From: Alloascoidea hylecoeti
Lineage: Eukaryota
Assembly (NCBI GenBank): GCA_001600815.1
Contig: BCKZ01000022.1
Coordinates: forward strand, 276,982 to 340,981
Direction of reading: 5' to 3'
Length of the DNA: 64,000 nucleotides
Position numbers and translations under genes: made by a program. Shown one piece after another: positions 62,701 to 64,000 of this stretch; positions within the stretch are counted from its first letter, which is position 1; each line of letters starts with the position of its first letter. A model generated the notes under the pieces. The model saw only the letters and a list, made by a program, of their open reading frames with translations. It was not told the DNA's origin and made no database searches.

Positions 62701-64000
62701 TTAATTAATTATATCTATAGGTCAAAAATAATATACAAAAATGAAGAGAAATTGAATAATCAAGATTATAATTCATCTATATAATGAAACCTTCAAACTC
62801 CAACCTTTTTAGAAGTAAAATTTAAAAGGTTTATACTTAGTATTACCATTAAAAAATTGCATTCATATGGTGATTTCATATTTAGAAAGATCATATATCT
62901 GAATTAGTAGAAAGATCAAATATATGTTATAGAAAGTGTCTGGTGGAGTATGATTAAGCAATGACACAATTCTTTGGCATAATATTTCCGTCGTAATTAG
63001 AATGGTAATCTATAATTAGATATCTCATTAGTTATATAATCAAATATATTGAATATAGCTAGTGCTAGATTGTGTATTGAGAATAGTTTCAAAGAATATA
63101 ATTATAACTTACTTTGCCACCAGAACATGTCTTTATCCTCTGGGGCTTCTTTTCTAGATGAATCATTTCTGTAGGCCATTTTTGTAGTAGTGGTTGATAT
63201 AATTAAATTGTTTTTAATTTTAATTTAATAAATAAAAGAAGGGAATTAGTCTCTTATTAATAATTAATCACAACAGTGATAAAACTACATTTATAACCAT
63301 AATAGGATTACAATTAATCTTATAATTATTATAATTATTATAATTAATTCTATATATGTCTCGAAACAATTGAATATAGAAGACACATAAACGGAATTGT
63401 AAAATTCTTGAAACAGAAATTTAGGTGATTTTTAAAACCTTAAGCTATAATTGTATTCAAATGAGCTTAGGGTTAAACTTATAAATCTGATATGCATACA
63501 TCAATTTGTTGTTAGTTATACATATTTACTATGATGGATATTCTAAATTACATTCAAATAAAAGTTAAGAAGATGTAGAAATAATAAAAAAAAAAAAGGG
63601 TTTTCACATACTTAAGAGTTAAACGCAGGTGGTGCTCAATCGCCGAAGTAGGTAATTATGGACTCTTTCATGCATACTACTGCATATTTGAATAAACCAT
63701 CTACTCAGCACTAACCAATAAAAATATACAATATTGTTGGTGTAAGATTCATATATCTTTCAAATGGGTTAAATCAACATATAGACACATTACTATACCT
63801 CAAAAATTATCAAGCTTAATGTTCAGACAGTAATTCAACTCACAATCTTCCAATTTTGCTGTTACAACACGTATATATAATAATAATTGCAAATATGTAA
63901 TTATATACTTGAATTGGTTCAAACTGAGATGGGGTTTGCATTTGTTAAAACAATGTCCTTCATCTCCATTGGTACCACACAAGTCAAATGATTTCATACG

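Overview
AT-rich fungal nuclear DNA, most consistent with an intron-rich budding yeast (Saccharomycotina). CTG occupies conserved Leu positions in VAC14, so the standard code appears to apply. Conserved genes: partial acyl-protein thioesterase, WSC cell-wall sensor, Zn2Cys6 transcription factor, SOA1-type MFS permease, TUS1-like Rho GEF, AHL-lactonase-family metallo-beta-lactamase, NAD kinase, SKI2, SYO1, UBC9, VAC14 and UTP21. Several gene models had to be rebuilt by hand from short introns (17 introns of 53-79 nt). Accessory content: an F-box/WD40 gene plus a pseudogene copy, a two-exon Myb/SANT (Harbinger-ORF1-like) gene, a CENP-B/pogo-type HTH gene without a DDE domain, a cluster of Ty3/gypsy relics, and four pieces of a maltose/galactoside O-acetyltransferase locus (one intact). 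The ORF track misses a tandem pair of three-exon ECM19-like microprotein genes. The most unusual signals are two sharp GC-rich islands over the 5' ends of the WSC and TUS1-like genes, the microprotein pair, the orphan transposon-derived DNA-binding genes, and a hairpin microinversion in the acetyltransferase pseudogene. I saw no tRNA, rRNA or CRISPR array. All family calls come from motif recognition by eye, not database searches.
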